DNA from: an uncultured Actinomycetes bacterium
GTDB taxonomy: Bacteria; Actinomycetota; Thermoleophilia; Gaiellales; Gaiellaceae
Reading direction: 5' to 3'
Assembly: GCA_963847845.1 (NCBI GenBank)
Contig: CAWKBI010000003.1
Span: 468,483-532,482 of the forward strand
Length of the DNA: 64,000 bases
This document shows, one piece after another, positions 19,472 through 27,930 of the stretch (the stretch's first letter is position 1; every line of letters starts with the position of its first letter). Below the pieces are notes generated by a model that saw nothing but the letters and a program-made list of their open reading frames with translations, had not been told where the DNA came from and ran no database searches. A program made the position numbers and the translations under genes.

Positions 19472-19632
19472 CAGGACGGCTTAGGGCCCCAGCCGTCTCG
19501 GTCCCGGCCGAAGAGCTGGCGGCCCAGCGAGCCGCCCGCTTGCGTCGGGCCGCCGTGAGCGAGCCGCCAGGCGAGGTACGCGACCACAATCGCGATGATC
19601 AGTGCGAGCAGACCAACTCCGATGTAAGCCAC
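19471..19632 (-). CDS. hypothetical small membrane protein (53 aa)
   Basis: Hand translation VAYIGVGLLALIIAIVVAYLAWRLAHGGPTQAGG... . GTG preceded by AAGGAG at a 6-nt spacing. Its TGA overlaps the ATG of the downstream cupin by 1 nt. Confidence 0.5.
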   Translation of the reverse strand: MAYIGVGLLALIIAIVVAYLAWRLAHGGPTQAGGSLGRQLFGRDRDGWGPKPS

Positions 19633-19660
19633 GCGTCGCTCCTTTCGCTCAGCCCCGACT

Positions 19661-20182
19661 CTACTCCTCGACGATCTCGATCCCGAGCGATGTGGCGAAG
19701 AGCGCGGCGTTCTGGACGATGTCGCCCCAGGGCATCCGCGCGCCGCGGAGCGCCTCGGCGCCTCGCACTCCGGAAAGGTCGCACCCGCGAAGCTCGACGC
19801 GTTCGAGCGTGCAGTTCGAGAAGGTCGCCTCGCGGAGCTCGCAGCGCTCGAAGACGACATCGCGCAGCGCCGAGCCGTAGAAGTCACATTCGCCCATCCG
19901 GCAATCTCGAAAAACGACGCGCTCGAGGCCCGCGTGGCGTAGCCCGACGAGGTCGATCCGGCACTCGTCGAACATCACGTCGCGCAGAGACGCCTCCGCG
20001 AGCTCGGCACCGGTGAGTCGGCAGCGGCGCAGCTCGACGCGCAGCGCCGCGAATCCGAGGGACCGCCGGTTGGCCCAGTCCAGATCAGTCGCAACGGTGT
20101 CGACCAGCTTGCCGAACTCGGAATCGGTCGGCGCATCATCCGCGAGATCGGGCGGGTACGGGGATTGAGGAGGTTTTGCCAC
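19661..20182 (-). CDS. pentapeptide repeat protein
   Basis: Runs such as LRRCRLTGAELAEASLRDVMFDECRIDLVGLRHAGLERVVFRDCRMGECDFYGSALRDVVFERCELREATFSNCTLERVELRGCDLSG. Start trimmed to GTG 20182, downstream of the preceding gene's stop. Confidence 0.85.
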   Translation of the reverse strand: MAKPPQSPYPPDLADDAPTDSEFGKLVDTVATDLDWANRRSLGFAALRVELRRCRLTGAELAEASLRDVMFDECRIDLVGLRHAGLERVVFRDCRMGECDFYGSALRDVVFERCELREATFSNCTLERVELRGCDLSGVRGAEALRGARMPWGDIVQNAALFATSLGIEIVEE

Positions 20183-20198
20183 CGCCGAAGCCGTGGCC

Positions 20199-20423
20199 TC
20201 AACGCTGGACGTCCGCGAGCACGGCCTGGGCCGCTTCGAGATCGGACTCGTGCACGAGGATGTCGCGCGGGCCTGCGGGTGTGAACTCCTCGAGCAGCGA
20301 GTCGAGCGCTTCGGTGTCGCGGTAGCTGCACTCGATCCCGGCCGTGCGGAGCAGGCCGCAGACGATCTCCGCCTCGGCGCCGGACGCAACAACCTTCACG
20401 ACGACGGTGTCCTCGTTGTCCAC
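20199..20423 (-). CDS. small DUF2007-like (putative signal-transducing) protein
   Basis: 74 aa. VVKVVASGAEAEIVCGLLRTAGIECSY...ILVHESDLEAAQAVL resembles the DUF2007 fold family as I recall it. Confidence 0.55.
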   Translation of the reverse strand: MDNEDTVVVKVVASGAEAEIVCGLLRTAGIECSYRDTEALDSLLEEFTPAGPRDILVHESDLEAAQAVLADVQR

Positions 20424-20456
20424 GACGCAAGGGTACGTCAGCCGGCGGCGGCCGGC

Positions 20457-21323
20457 TCAGCTGAAGACGACTGTTCGCGCGTCGTCGAGGAGCACGCGCC
20501 GCTCGAGGTGCCAGCGCACGGCTTTCGCCAGCACCGTTCGCTCGAGGTCGGCACCGACACGCCTCAGGTCGGCAACGGTCTCACGGTGGCCGACGGCGAC
20601 GGTGTCCTGCGCGATGATCGGTCCGGCGTCGAGCTCGGCCGTGACGTAGTGAGCGGTCGCGCCGATCAGCTTGACTCCACGCGCGTGGGCGGCCGCATAC
20701 GGATCGGCTCCGGCGAACGCCGGCAGGAACGAGTGATGAATGTTGATCGACGGGCAGCGGCTCCGGTCGAGGAAGCCTGCGGAGAGAACGCGCATGTAAC
20801 GCGCGAGCACGATCAGGTCGATCGCGGGCGGTGCGATCAGCCCGAGCAGGCGTTCCTCGCCCGCACCGTGATCGCCCATCGGCACGTGATGGAAGTCGAC
20901 TCCGAACGACTCGACGTCGCGTCGCAGCAGATCGTGGTTCGAGGCTACGAAGGCGAGGTTCATCGCCAACTCGCCGCGACGCCAGCGCCAGAGCAGGTCG
21001 AGCAGGCAGTGGTCGCTTCGCGACGCGAAGATGGCCACGCTCGGGATGTCTGTCTCGGCAGAGAGCTGCCAGCTCATCCCGAAGCTGTCTGCAAGCGAGC
21101 CGAACTCCTCACGAAGGCTGTCTTCCCGCTCGGGCAAGGACGCGAGATGGAACTCGACCCTCATGAAGAAGCGCCCGGCTTCCGGGTCGCTCGAGTGCTG
21201 GTCGGCGTGAATCAGGTTCGCGCCGACGTTCGCGAGGAACCCGGCGACCGCGGCGACGATGCCGGGGCGGTCGGGGCACGAGATCGTGAGACGACCGACG
21301 TCCGCGCGAAGCACCCTGCTCAT
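20457..21323 (-). CDS. purU: formyltetrahydrofolate deformylase
   Basis: N-terminal ACT-like domain (LTISCPDRPGIVAAVAGFL), then formyl-transferase core INIHHSFLPAFAGADPY...GVKLIGATAHYVTAELDAGPII. Confidence 0.92.
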   Translation of the reverse strand: MSRVLRADVGRLTISCPDRPGIVAAVAGFLANVGANLIHADQHSSDPEAGRFFMRVEFHLASLPEREDSLREEFGSLADSFGMSWQLSAETDIPSVAIFASRSDHCLLDLLWRWRRGELAMNLAFVASNHDLLRRDVESFGVDFHHVPMGDHGAGEERLLGLIAPPAIDLIVLARYMRVLSAGFLDRSRCPSINIHHSFLPAFAGADPYAAAHARGVKLIGATAHYVTAELDAGPIIAQDTVAVGHRETVADLRRVGADLERTVLAKAVRWHLERRVLLDDARTVVFS

Positions 21324-22078
21324 CGCGGGCCGAGCAGCTGGTCGAGCCCGCGGACGAGGCCGGCACGTTGCGGTGCAGCACGGATCGCGAGGAGCGTGCC
21401 GGCGACATAGGGCGCCGGAGTCTCGCCGGCGTCGTGACGGATCGACAGCCGCTCGCCCGGAGCGGCGAAGACGATCTCCGTCGAGACGACGAAGCTGGGC
21501 AGCCGGACCGAGTGCACCTGCGTGCCTGCGACGTTCGCCCCTCGCGCCTCGCGCGCCCCGAGGATCTCGTCGATCGGGACTCGAAGCACGGGCGGCCTGA
21601 CGGCGTCGAGGCGTTCGGCGAGCTCGCGCGCGGTGCCGCTCGGTGCGTCTTCCTTGCCCGCCGACGCGTAGTCGATCACCTCCCAGGAATCCAGGTGGCG
21701 CGCGGCATCGACCGCGGCTCGCAGCAGAACCGCGGCCGTCAGCGAGAAGTTGCCCGCCGCGATCACGCCGACCTGGCGCTCACGGGCCAGGGCGTCGATC
21801 TCCTCGTAGTCGGAAGCAGACAGACCGCTCGACCCGACGACGACGTTGACGCCGCGCTCGAGCGCGGCGACGACGTTCGCTCGCACGACGGAGGCATGCG
21901 TGAAGTCGACCAGAACGTCTGCGTCAACGGCAGCGAGCGCATCCGCGACCGACGTGTAGCTCGCAGCGTCCGAGCGCGAGACGCCTGCAACCAGCTCGAG
22001 GTCACTGGCGGCCTCGACCGCGGCAGCCACCGGGCGGCCGGTCCAACCGGTGACACCGGCCACGCAGACGCGGATCAT
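21320..22078 (-). CDS. dapB: 4-hydroxy-tetrahydrodipicolinate reductase
   Basis: IRVCVAGVTGWTGR, VDFTHASVV, VVGSSGL, EVIDYASAGKEDAPSGTA. Confidence 0.9.
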   Translation of the reverse strand: MIRVCVAGVTGWTGRPVAAAVEAASDLELVAGVSRSDAASYTSVADALAAVDADVLVDFTHASVVRANVVAALERGVNVVVGSSGLSASDYEEIDALARERQVGVIAAGNFSLTAAVLLRAAVDAARHLDSWEVIDYASAGKEDAPSGTARELAERLDAVRPPVLRVPIDEILGAREARGANVAGTQVHSVRLPSFVVSTEIVFAAPGERLSIRHDAGETPAPYVAGTLLAIRAAPQRAGLVRGLDQLLGPR

Positions 22079-22094
22079 CAGTCGCTCAGGCTAC

Positions 22095-22316
22095 TTAGGG
22101 AAGACAGGCTTCGGTCGTCGGCGTCGTCGAGCCGCCGACCACATGGCCGTCTTCGAGCACGATCGGGCCGAGCGACGACGACCCGTGAGTGCAGATCGGG
22201 CTCGTGTCGGCCTTGACGTTTTCGATCGCACCGGTGGTCAAGAGGAGCAGAGCCGCGGTGCCGACCGCTGCGACCGGAGCGATCCGCCTTGTGACCCTGG
22301 TGCTGAGAGGACGCAT
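22095..22316 (-). CDS. hypothetical small secreted protein
   Basis: MRPLSTRVTRRIAPVAAVGTAALLLLTTGA looks like a signal peptide. High third-position GC. Ends 16 nt before the dapB start. Confidence 0.45.
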   Translation of the reverse strand: MRPLSTRVTRRIAPVAAVGTAALLLLTTGAIENVKADTSPICTHGSSSLGPIVLEDGHVVGGSTTPTTEACLP

Positions 22317-22634
22317 GACGGTCAACTCTCGCTGAGCGGAGCGGCGTGGGCCCTAACCGTTTCGGCGGGGTTACCCGGTCTTCGTATGGGTTTGAAACTG
22401 TCCTCAAGCACCCGCTCGCGCGTGCCGACAACAGGGAGCATGGGACAACTCGCCAATGTGCTGTTCGGCGCCGGGGTCGGAGTCGCGCTCGTGCTCGGCT
22501 TCTGGCAGCTTGCAACCTTTGCCGATCGGCTCTACCAGCACGGCCGAGACGAGTCCCGCGAGCCGCTCAGCCGCTGATCCGAACGGCAGACACCGAACTG
22601 CCCTGTCGGCACCCACCAGCTCCCCGCCGGCCGC

Positions 22635-23273
22635 TCAGCGAAGGGCTGCCTCGAAGCGCGGATCGTCGCGCACGGCGGCGAAATCGTCGTCTTTGCGCGC
22701 TTGCTCGCGGAACGGCGGAAAGAGCTCGGCCGACCGTCGGAGGTGGTTGAAGGTCTCGTCGCCCGTCTCACCCGAGAGGGTGGCGAAGCAGGCGTAGTTG
22801 TAGTGAAGCCCCGGGTGGTCGGGCGTGTGCTCGAGACCGCTGCGAACTACCTCGAGGGCGTCGGCGTAGCGCTGCTCGCCGTACGCGGTCAACGACTCTA
22901 TGTGGAAAGGCCAAGCGCCACCCCAGTCGAGCCCCTGATACGCCTCGCCGGGTGTCCCGCCGAGGGCGAGCACGGTTCCATCCCCCGTCGCCTTCCGCCG
23001 CGACTCAGGTCGAACGAACACGAGCGTCCCTGCGGATGCGTCGAACGTCTCGCCGTCGACTTCGAACGTCGCCGTGCCGTCGAGCACGATGTACAGCTCT
23101 TCCTGGCCGGATCCAGCCTCGTCGTGCTCGCCGATCAACGTGCCGTCTTCGCCTGGCGTGTACGCGTTGAGCCCGAAAGCGTGGATCCCGAGGTGCTCGC
23201 GCACCGGGATGTTCCTGCCGCGCTTCTCGATCTCGTCGAGACGCGCGACTTTCCAGTTCGCCGTGTCACTCAT
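22635..23273 (-). CDS. cupin domain protein with helical-repeat (TPR-like) C-terminal half, paralog family B (copy 1)
   Basis: HAFGLNAYTPGEDGTLIGEHDEAGSGQEELYIVLDGTATFEVDGETFDASAGTLVFV, then HPGLHYNYACFATLSG...DDDFAAVRDDPRF. Colinear with the 36432 and 37079 genes. Confidence 0.75.
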   Translation of the reverse strand: MSDTANWKVARLDEIEKRGRNIPVREHLGIHAFGLNAYTPGEDGTLIGEHDEAGSGQEELYIVLDGTATFEVDGETFDASAGTLVFVRPESRRKATGDGTVLALGGTPGEAYQGLDWGGAWPFHIESLTAYGEQRYADALEVVRSGLEHTPDHPGLHYNYACFATLSGETGDETFNHLRRSAELFPPFREQARKDDDFAAVRDDPRFEAALR

Positions 23274-23449
23274 CCGATCACCCCCGTGCTGCGCAGGTTT
23301 GCCGACCGTCGATCCTAACGGCTGTCAATCGCGCCGCTGATCTGGGTTCGTGATGGGCGCTTCGCTCGCTAGCCTGAGGGTTCACGGACGCGGCAGTCGT
23401 TACGGGCGATCCTCCGGCTCGCACCGATCCCGGTCCTGAGGCGCCGCAC

Positions 23450-23716
23450 CTACAGGTACGAGACGAACTCCAGCAAGCTTCCGTCCGGATCACGGAAGTA
23501 GACGTGCCGGCCACGGCCGCCCGCGCCCGAGACGCTCTCCTGTAGCCCGGCGACGATGGAGACGCCGTGCCGCTCGAGATGAGTGACCGCGTCCTCGATC
23601 GGCCCTGCCCAGACGAAGCAGAGGTCGCTGTTCCCAGGTTCGACCGGCTTCTCAGCATTCAGACCGGCAAAGCCAGGGCCGTGGACACCGTCTGCGCAGT
23701 CCCAGGGAATGAGCAC
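23450..23716 (-). pseudogene. VOC/glyoxalase-family protein fragment (C-terminal module only)
   Basis: PVEPGNSDLCFVWAGPIEDAVTHLERHGV...GRHVYFRDPDGSLLEF is the second half of a VOC protein. An in-frame stop lies 12 codons upstream, and no intact N-terminal module could be read in 23717-23899. Confidence 0.5.
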
Positions 23717-23899
23717 TTGCTCGACCCGATCGCGCGGGCGCCTGCTCGGTCAGCGAAGGCCGGCGGGTTCCGAAGGCAGCGACCTCGGGCAGGTAGTCCC
23801 GCCTGCTCGATCTCGATGCCGCACAGCTCGGCGCTCGCGTGCTGATCGCCTGAACCGGCCACGCCTGCGTCACGCGCCGTTGTGCCGGCGGTCGGGTGC

Positions 23900-24487
23900 T
23901 CAAGTTCGACGCCTGGCGGGTTTGACCGTCTTCGCGACGACCCACCGATGCTTGCCGATCTTGCGGTCGCGGGCGAAGCCGTGCGTTTCGTACGTCGAGA
24001 GCGCACCGTTGAACAGAAAGCCGGCAGGAACGGAGCCTGCGTCCTCCGGGTAGCCTTCGACCCGGCCGCCGCCGAGCGCGGCGATGAGCTCGAGAGCCCC
24101 TGCCAGTGCCGCGGTGGCGACACCCTGGCGTCGGTGCCCTTTGCCGACGAAGTTGCAAGCAATGCGCCAGTCGGGGGCGGTCGTGACGCCCTTCTCGTAC
24201 GCGGCCCGGCTCTTGATCTTTGGCAACTCGGCGGGAGCACCGAACTGGCACCAGCCCACACAGTCGTCCCCGTCGAAAACAAGCGCAGCATGGGTCGTTC
24301 CCGCCCGCACGCGCTCGAGCTTCCGCCGACGGTTCAGTTCCGGCGTGGTTTCCTTGCCGACTCCCTCGGGGTGGAACCCCATGCACCAGCAGCCGCCAAA
24401 GACGCCGTTGTTCAGCTCGACCAGCGCGGCAAAGGCGTCCCACGTCGACTCGTCGAGAGCCTTGATCGTGTACGTCGATTCCGCCAT
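23900..24487 (-). CDS. GNAT family N-acetyltransferase
   Basis: 195 aa from ATG 24487: GCWCMGFHPEG..., FVGKGHRRQGVATAALAGALELIAALGG, GFLFNGALSTYETHGF. The longer track ORF (to 25042) is an antisense extension over the 24626 gene. Confidence 0.8.
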   Translation of the reverse strand: MAESTYTIKALDESTWDAFAALVELNNGVFGGCWCMGFHPEGVGKETTPELNRRRKLERVRAGTTHAALVFDGDDCVGWCQFGAPAELPKIKSRAAYEKGVTTAPDWRIACNFVGKGHRRQGVATAALAGALELIAALGGGRVEGYPEDAGSVPAGFLFNGALSTYETHGFARDRKIGKHRWVVAKTVKPARRRT

Positions 24488-24625
24488 GTGGTCTTCGCCT
24501 AAGAGCTCTCTTGCTCGAGCGGTGATCTCAGGAGATCTACCACGTCGCCGAAGTTCACACCGAGCCCGGCAAACTCGGTCACGGGTCAGGCCAGTGACGC
24601 TGGAGCGGCGCCATATGATTCCGCC

Positions 24626-25027
24626 GTGCCGTTCACGCTCAGCAACATCAAGGATGACCTGGATGACCTCGGCCCGAGGTTCGACGGCGCGCCGGATCTG
24701 GAGTTCCGTGCCGCGACCAAGGCCCTCGAGCTCGAAAAATCCGCTCTGAGCTACCAGCGCGTCCCGCCCGGCTACCGCTTTCCGTACGGCCACACGCACC
24801 TGAAACAGGAGGAGGTGTACGTGGTCGTGCGTGGGGGCGGGCGGATGAAAGTCGACGACGAGATCATCGAGCTCAAGGAATGGGACGCGGTGCGCGTCCC
24901 GCCTGGCACGTGGCGAGGCTACGAGGCCGGGCCAGACGGCCTCGAGATCCTCGTGCTCGGCGCGCCCAACCTCGGCGACGATCCGCGCGGAGATGTCGAG
25001 GGCCGGCGCGACTGGTGGTCTGACTGA
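24626..25027 (+). CDS. cupin domain protein
   Basis: GYRFPYGHTHLKQEEVYVVVRGGGRMKVDDEIIELKEWDAVRVPPGTWRGYEAGPDG. Confidence 0.8.
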   Translation: MPFTLSNIKDDLDDLGPRFDGAPDLEFRAATKALELEKSALSYQRVPPGYRFPYGHTHLKQEEVYVVVRGGGRMKVDDEIIELKEWDAVRVPPGTWRGYEAGPDGLEILVLGAPNLGDDPRGDVEGRRDWWSD

Positions 25028-25066
25028 CGACGTCGTGCTCACGGCCCGTCACGTGCGCAGCCTCAA

Positions 25067-25387
25067 ATGGATGTGATCGACGAAGTCGTCAGCGCTCTGA
25101 GCGAGGGTGACCTCGAACGGTTTGTCGCGTGCTACGCCGCCGATGCGGCGATCGAAGACTCGGCGGGGTCACCGCTTGCGACTGGTCGTGAACCGATCCG
25201 CCTCCGTTATGAGCAGATGTTCCGGGAGTTCCCGAGACTTCGAGTCCGCAGGATTGCCCGTCTGTCGGTCGGAGCTTTCGTCGTCCAAGAAGAAGAGATT
25301 CTTGGACGCGCCGCCCAGCCTGAGCGGCAGATCGCGATCTACCAGCTCGTCGAGGGTCTGATCGCACGCGAGCGTCTGCTGCGCTGA
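25067..25387 (+). CDS. SnoaL/NTF2-like fold protein
   Basis: 106 aa. GDLERFVACYAADAAIED...YEQMFREFP...IAIYQLVEGLIARE is typical of SnoaL-like small proteins. Confidence 0.6.
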   Translation: MDVIDEVVSALSEGDLERFVACYAADAAIEDSAGSPLATGREPIRLRYEQMFREFPRLRVRRIARLSVGAFVVQEEEILGRAAQPERQIAIYQLVEGLIARERLLR

Positions 25388-25456
25388 CTCGTGGGGGCGC
25401 GCCCACCGCTTTGGAACGTCACCCGGACGGCGTGTGCGCGGGCCAGCTTCGCGCTC

Positions 25457-25879
25457 TCACGGATTCTCCGAGCCCGAACGGGCCCAGTCAACCAAGCCGA
25501 GGCGGGCTCGGACCCGGTCTGACAGCACGAGATACGCCTCGTACCGGTGATAGCGCGGATGCGCTGGGTCGGCTATCGCGGGAGTGCGCTTGCCAACCCT
25601 GGGCTCGCCGATGATCTCCCCGCGCTTGAACTGGTCGCGGGTCAGGTCGACTTCGAGTCCCGATGCGAGTCGGTTCCACATGTGCCCCTCGATGCGCGTC
25701 CCGTCGAGATACACGTCCGCCCCAAGGACCTCTCCGCCGACCAGGTCGTGGACGACCAGCGCGGTGATGTCGCACTGACCGCGGCTCGGGTTTTCGGGTG
25801 TCCAGCCGTCGGCCTCCTCGGCCGTGTCAACACTCCAGGCGTCGCGAATCGCCTGTTCCAGCTGCGCAAGAGTGAACAC
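25457..25879 (-). CDS. YunG-like hypothetical protein
   Basis: WSVDTAEEADGWTPENPSRGQCDITALVVHDLVGGEV...GHMWNRL...DLTRDQF resembles the YunG family as I recall it. Start trimmed to GTG 25879. Confidence 0.5.
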   Translation of the reverse strand: MFTLAQLEQAIRDAWSVDTAEEADGWTPENPSRGQCDITALVVHDLVGGEVLGADVYLDGTRIEGHMWNRLASGLEVDLTRDQFKRGEIIGEPRVGKRTPAIADPAHPRYHRYEAYLVLSDRVRARLGLVDWARSGSENP

Positions 25880-25963
25880 ACGACGACAGTAACGCCGGAC
25901 GCAAGTGAGCTGCGCGCCGCCGATCCGCCCGGACGGATTGCGCGCGTCAACGAGCACGGGTGG

Positions 25964-26566
25964 TCACGGGGCTTTCTGCTCGTTCAACCGCTTTATGCGT
26001 GCGTCGTCCCAGCCGTTTGCGCCGGTTGCAATGCGTTCGCGAGCCTGGGTGGCCCAGTCGATGTATTCGCGCTCGTGGCGGATGCCCCAGTCGAGTGCGA
26101 GCGCCGCGCAGAACGCTATCCCGCCCTGCGCTGTTCCGTGTTCGCGACGCTGGCGTTGGTCGTCCGCGAGTGTTCGCTCAAAGCCTGTCAATCGCTGCCG
26201 GTGGGTTTCGATCTCCTCGTCCAGGAACGCGATTGCCTCTTGCGACTCGAGCAGCCAAAGCATGAAGAGGCGCAGGATCGATTCGTTGCGGACGGTGCGA
26301 TCGGGAGCCGTGTCGCGCAGCCAGCGCTGGGCTTCTGCGATCCCGTTCGGAGTGATTGCGTAGGTCTTGCGGCGGCGTGGTCCGGTGTCGCTGACGCGTA
26401 GGAGTCCTTGTCCCTCGAGTTCCGCGAGCGCCGGATAGATCTGGGGATGACGTGCCGGCCAGGCTCTTGCAAGCGTGCGCTCGAACAGGCGCGCGAGCTC
26501 GTAGCCGCTCATCGGCTCGGCCGCGATCAGCCCGAGGAGTGCGCGACTCAGAACCGAGGCGCGCAC
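25964..26566 (-). CDS. PadR family transcriptional regulator (with C-terminal effector/dimerisation extension)
   Basis: LLGLIAAEPMSGYELARLFERTLARAWPARHPQIYPALAELEGQGLL...RRKTYAITPNG is the PadR winged-helix signature. Confidence 0.9.
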   Translation of the reverse strand: MRASVLSRALLGLIAAEPMSGYELARLFERTLARAWPARHPQIYPALAELEGQGLLRVSDTGPRRRKTYAITPNGIAEAQRWLRDTAPDRTVRNESILRLFMLWLLESQEAIAFLDEEIETHRQRLTGFERTLADDQRQRREHGTAQGGIAFCAALALDWGIRHEREYIDWATQARERIATGANGWDDARIKRLNEQKAP

Positions 26567-26599
26567 ACACGCTCCGCTGGTGGATAAGTCTCAGTCAAC

Positions 26600-26615
26600 A
26601 TGTCCAGTTTGACAT
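26600..26615. promoter_or_regulatory. candidate PadR operator ATGT-N8-ACAT
   Basis: ATGTCCAGTTTGACAT lies in the divergent padR/cupin intergenic region and matches the ATGT-8N-ACAT pattern reported for PadR-family operators. Confidence 0.5.
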
Positions 26616-26637
26616 ATGGAGCAGACGTTCGTAGAGT
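26609..26637 (+). promoter_or_regulatory. candidate sigma-70/SigA-type promoter for the cupin gene
   Basis: TTGACA (26609-26614), 17-nt spacer, TAGAGT (26632-26637). AGGAGG (26655-26660) lies 6 nt before ATG 26667. The -35 box overlaps the putative operator. Confidence 0.5.
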
Positions 26638-26666
26638 CGCCTTCTCGAGAGATCAGGAGGTGGTCG

Positions 26667-27203
26667 ATGGCAGTCCAGGAAGCGCATACGGAGAAGACGC
26701 CCTACGGCGGTTACGTCACGTCGGAGGGCTGGTTCATCCACAATCTTCAGGAAGCGCTCGCGGTGCGATTTCAGCAAGGGGGTGCGCTTTACCCGCTCGA
26801 GCCACGAGAGGCCCCGTTCCGCGACATTGGCGTCAACGTGCGCGTCCTGTGGCCCGGCGATGCGAACGCGCTCTATCACCACGAGGACGCGCAGGAGGGG
26901 TTTCTCGTGCTCTCCGGCGAGTGCCTCCTCGTCGTAGAGGAGCAGGAGCGGCGTCTCGGCAAGTGGGACTATTTCCATTGTCCGCCGGGCACCGGCCACG
27001 TCATCGTCGGTGCGGGCAGCGGACCGTGTGTCGTGCTGATGATCGGCGCGCGTCGACAGCAGGAAACGTTCGGTTACCCGGTAAGCAGCGTCGCGGCGAA
27101 GTACGGCGCGTCGGTCTCGAAGGACACGAGCGACCCGCAGGAGGCATACGCCGACCGGCCCGACGACTTCGAACCGGTACACCTTCCATGGCCTACAAAC
27201 TGA
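26667..27203 (+). CDS. cupin domain protein, paralog family A (copy 2)
   Basis: GWFIHNL, LWPGDANALYHHEDAQEGFLVLSGECLLVVEEQE, WDYFHCPPGTGHVIVG, AAKYGASVSKDTSDPQEAYA. Confidence 0.8.
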   Translation: MAVQEAHTEKTPYGGYVTSEGWFIHNLQEALAVRFQQGGALYPLEPREAPFRDIGVNVRVLWPGDANALYHHEDAQEGFLVLSGECLLVVEEQERRLGKWDYFHCPPGTGHVIVGAGSGPCVVLMIGARRQQETFGYPVSSVAAKYGASVSKDTSDPQEAYADRPDDFEPVHLPWPTN

Positions 27204-27242
27204 GCGCGAAGCGGTCTGGTGCGCGCGTCGTACCCGCTCGGT

Positions 27243-27794
27243 TCAGGTGAGGGCGCGTTCGAGAGCCGCGCGGTCGGCGGGCTCGCCGTGCGTCGGCAGC
27301 ACGAACTCCACGGGCTTGTCGAGCAGCGGCCTCAGCCCGGTCGCGACCTGTTCGACCGTGACTCCTTCCGGAAGCCAGCCGGCGGGAATCTCGAGTCCGT
27401 TGCCCAGGTCAATCAGCGTATCGCCGGCGATCACCGCGCGAATCCGCTCGCTCCAGAGCACGAGGTCGAGTTGGCCCTCACGGCCGGGGAACGCCTCCAT
27501 CCCGAACAGCGAGTCGCCGATCGCATAGCGCGTCGCCGAGACGAGTTGCTCCTCCGGCCGATCAGGCGCTGGGGCCCACACCGGAAAGCCGAGCGAGGCG
27601 GCGTCGCGCTCGTGCCACGTGGAGGTCAGGATCGTGACCACATCGCGCGATCCGAACAGCGCTCGAACATCGTCCGGAACGGAGATCGGGTCGATCAGGA
27701 TCAACCGCGTACCGTCGTCGATTGCGTACGCCGAGACCGGCCCTTCCCACTCGGGATGCGTGGCAGTCCAATGGAACACTCCCTTGGGAAGCAT
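27243..27794 (-). CDS. metallo-beta-lactamase-fold-like hydrolase (degenerate motifs)
   Basis: 183 aa. LILIDPISVP...ILTSTWHERD...VIAGDTL...LPTHGEP spacing resembles a short MBL-fold protein. Assignment is weak. Confidence 0.45.
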   Translation of the reverse strand: MLPKGVFHWTATHPEWEGPVSAYAIDDGTRLILIDPISVPDDVRALFGSRDVVTILTSTWHERDAASLGFPVWAPAPDRPEEQLVSATRYAIGDSLFGMEAFPGREGQLDLVLWSERIRAVIAGDTLIDLGNGLEIPAGWLPEGVTVEQVATGLRPLLDKPVEFVLPTHGEPADRAALERALT

Positions 27795-27930
27795 TCTCGG
27801 ATGCTAGGCACTACGGCCTCTTCGCGTCCGACCAACCGGCGACGGTTCTCGCTTTCTCTTCCGCGTCGGTGTCTCGCAATGGCGCCAGCAGCTGCTGTGT
27901 CAGCGAGGCGGGAGGTGCGGCCTCGGCGGG

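Noticed and set aside
20440-20457. Hairpin AGCCGGC-GGCG-GCCGGCT overlapping the purU stop as an intrinsic terminator
   Set aside because: The stem is only 7 bp with no downstream U-tract on the transcribed (minus) strand. Such GC-rich palindromes are common by chance in this DNA.
22440-22577. 45-aa ORF MGQLANVLFGAGVGVALVLGFWQLATFADRLYQHGRDESREPLSR as a small membrane protein
   Set aside because: It has a plausible single TM segment, but the GGGAG lies only 1 nt from the ATG. There is no coupling to neighbours and no family was recognised, so support is insufficient to call it.
23652-24443. 263-aa and 210-aa minus-strand ORFs (23652-24443, 23659-24291) and the 206-aa plus-strand ORF at 23882-24502
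   Set aside because: They are Arg/Pro/Ser-rich low-complexity translations that overlap the well-supported GNAT gene (23900-24487) in other frames.
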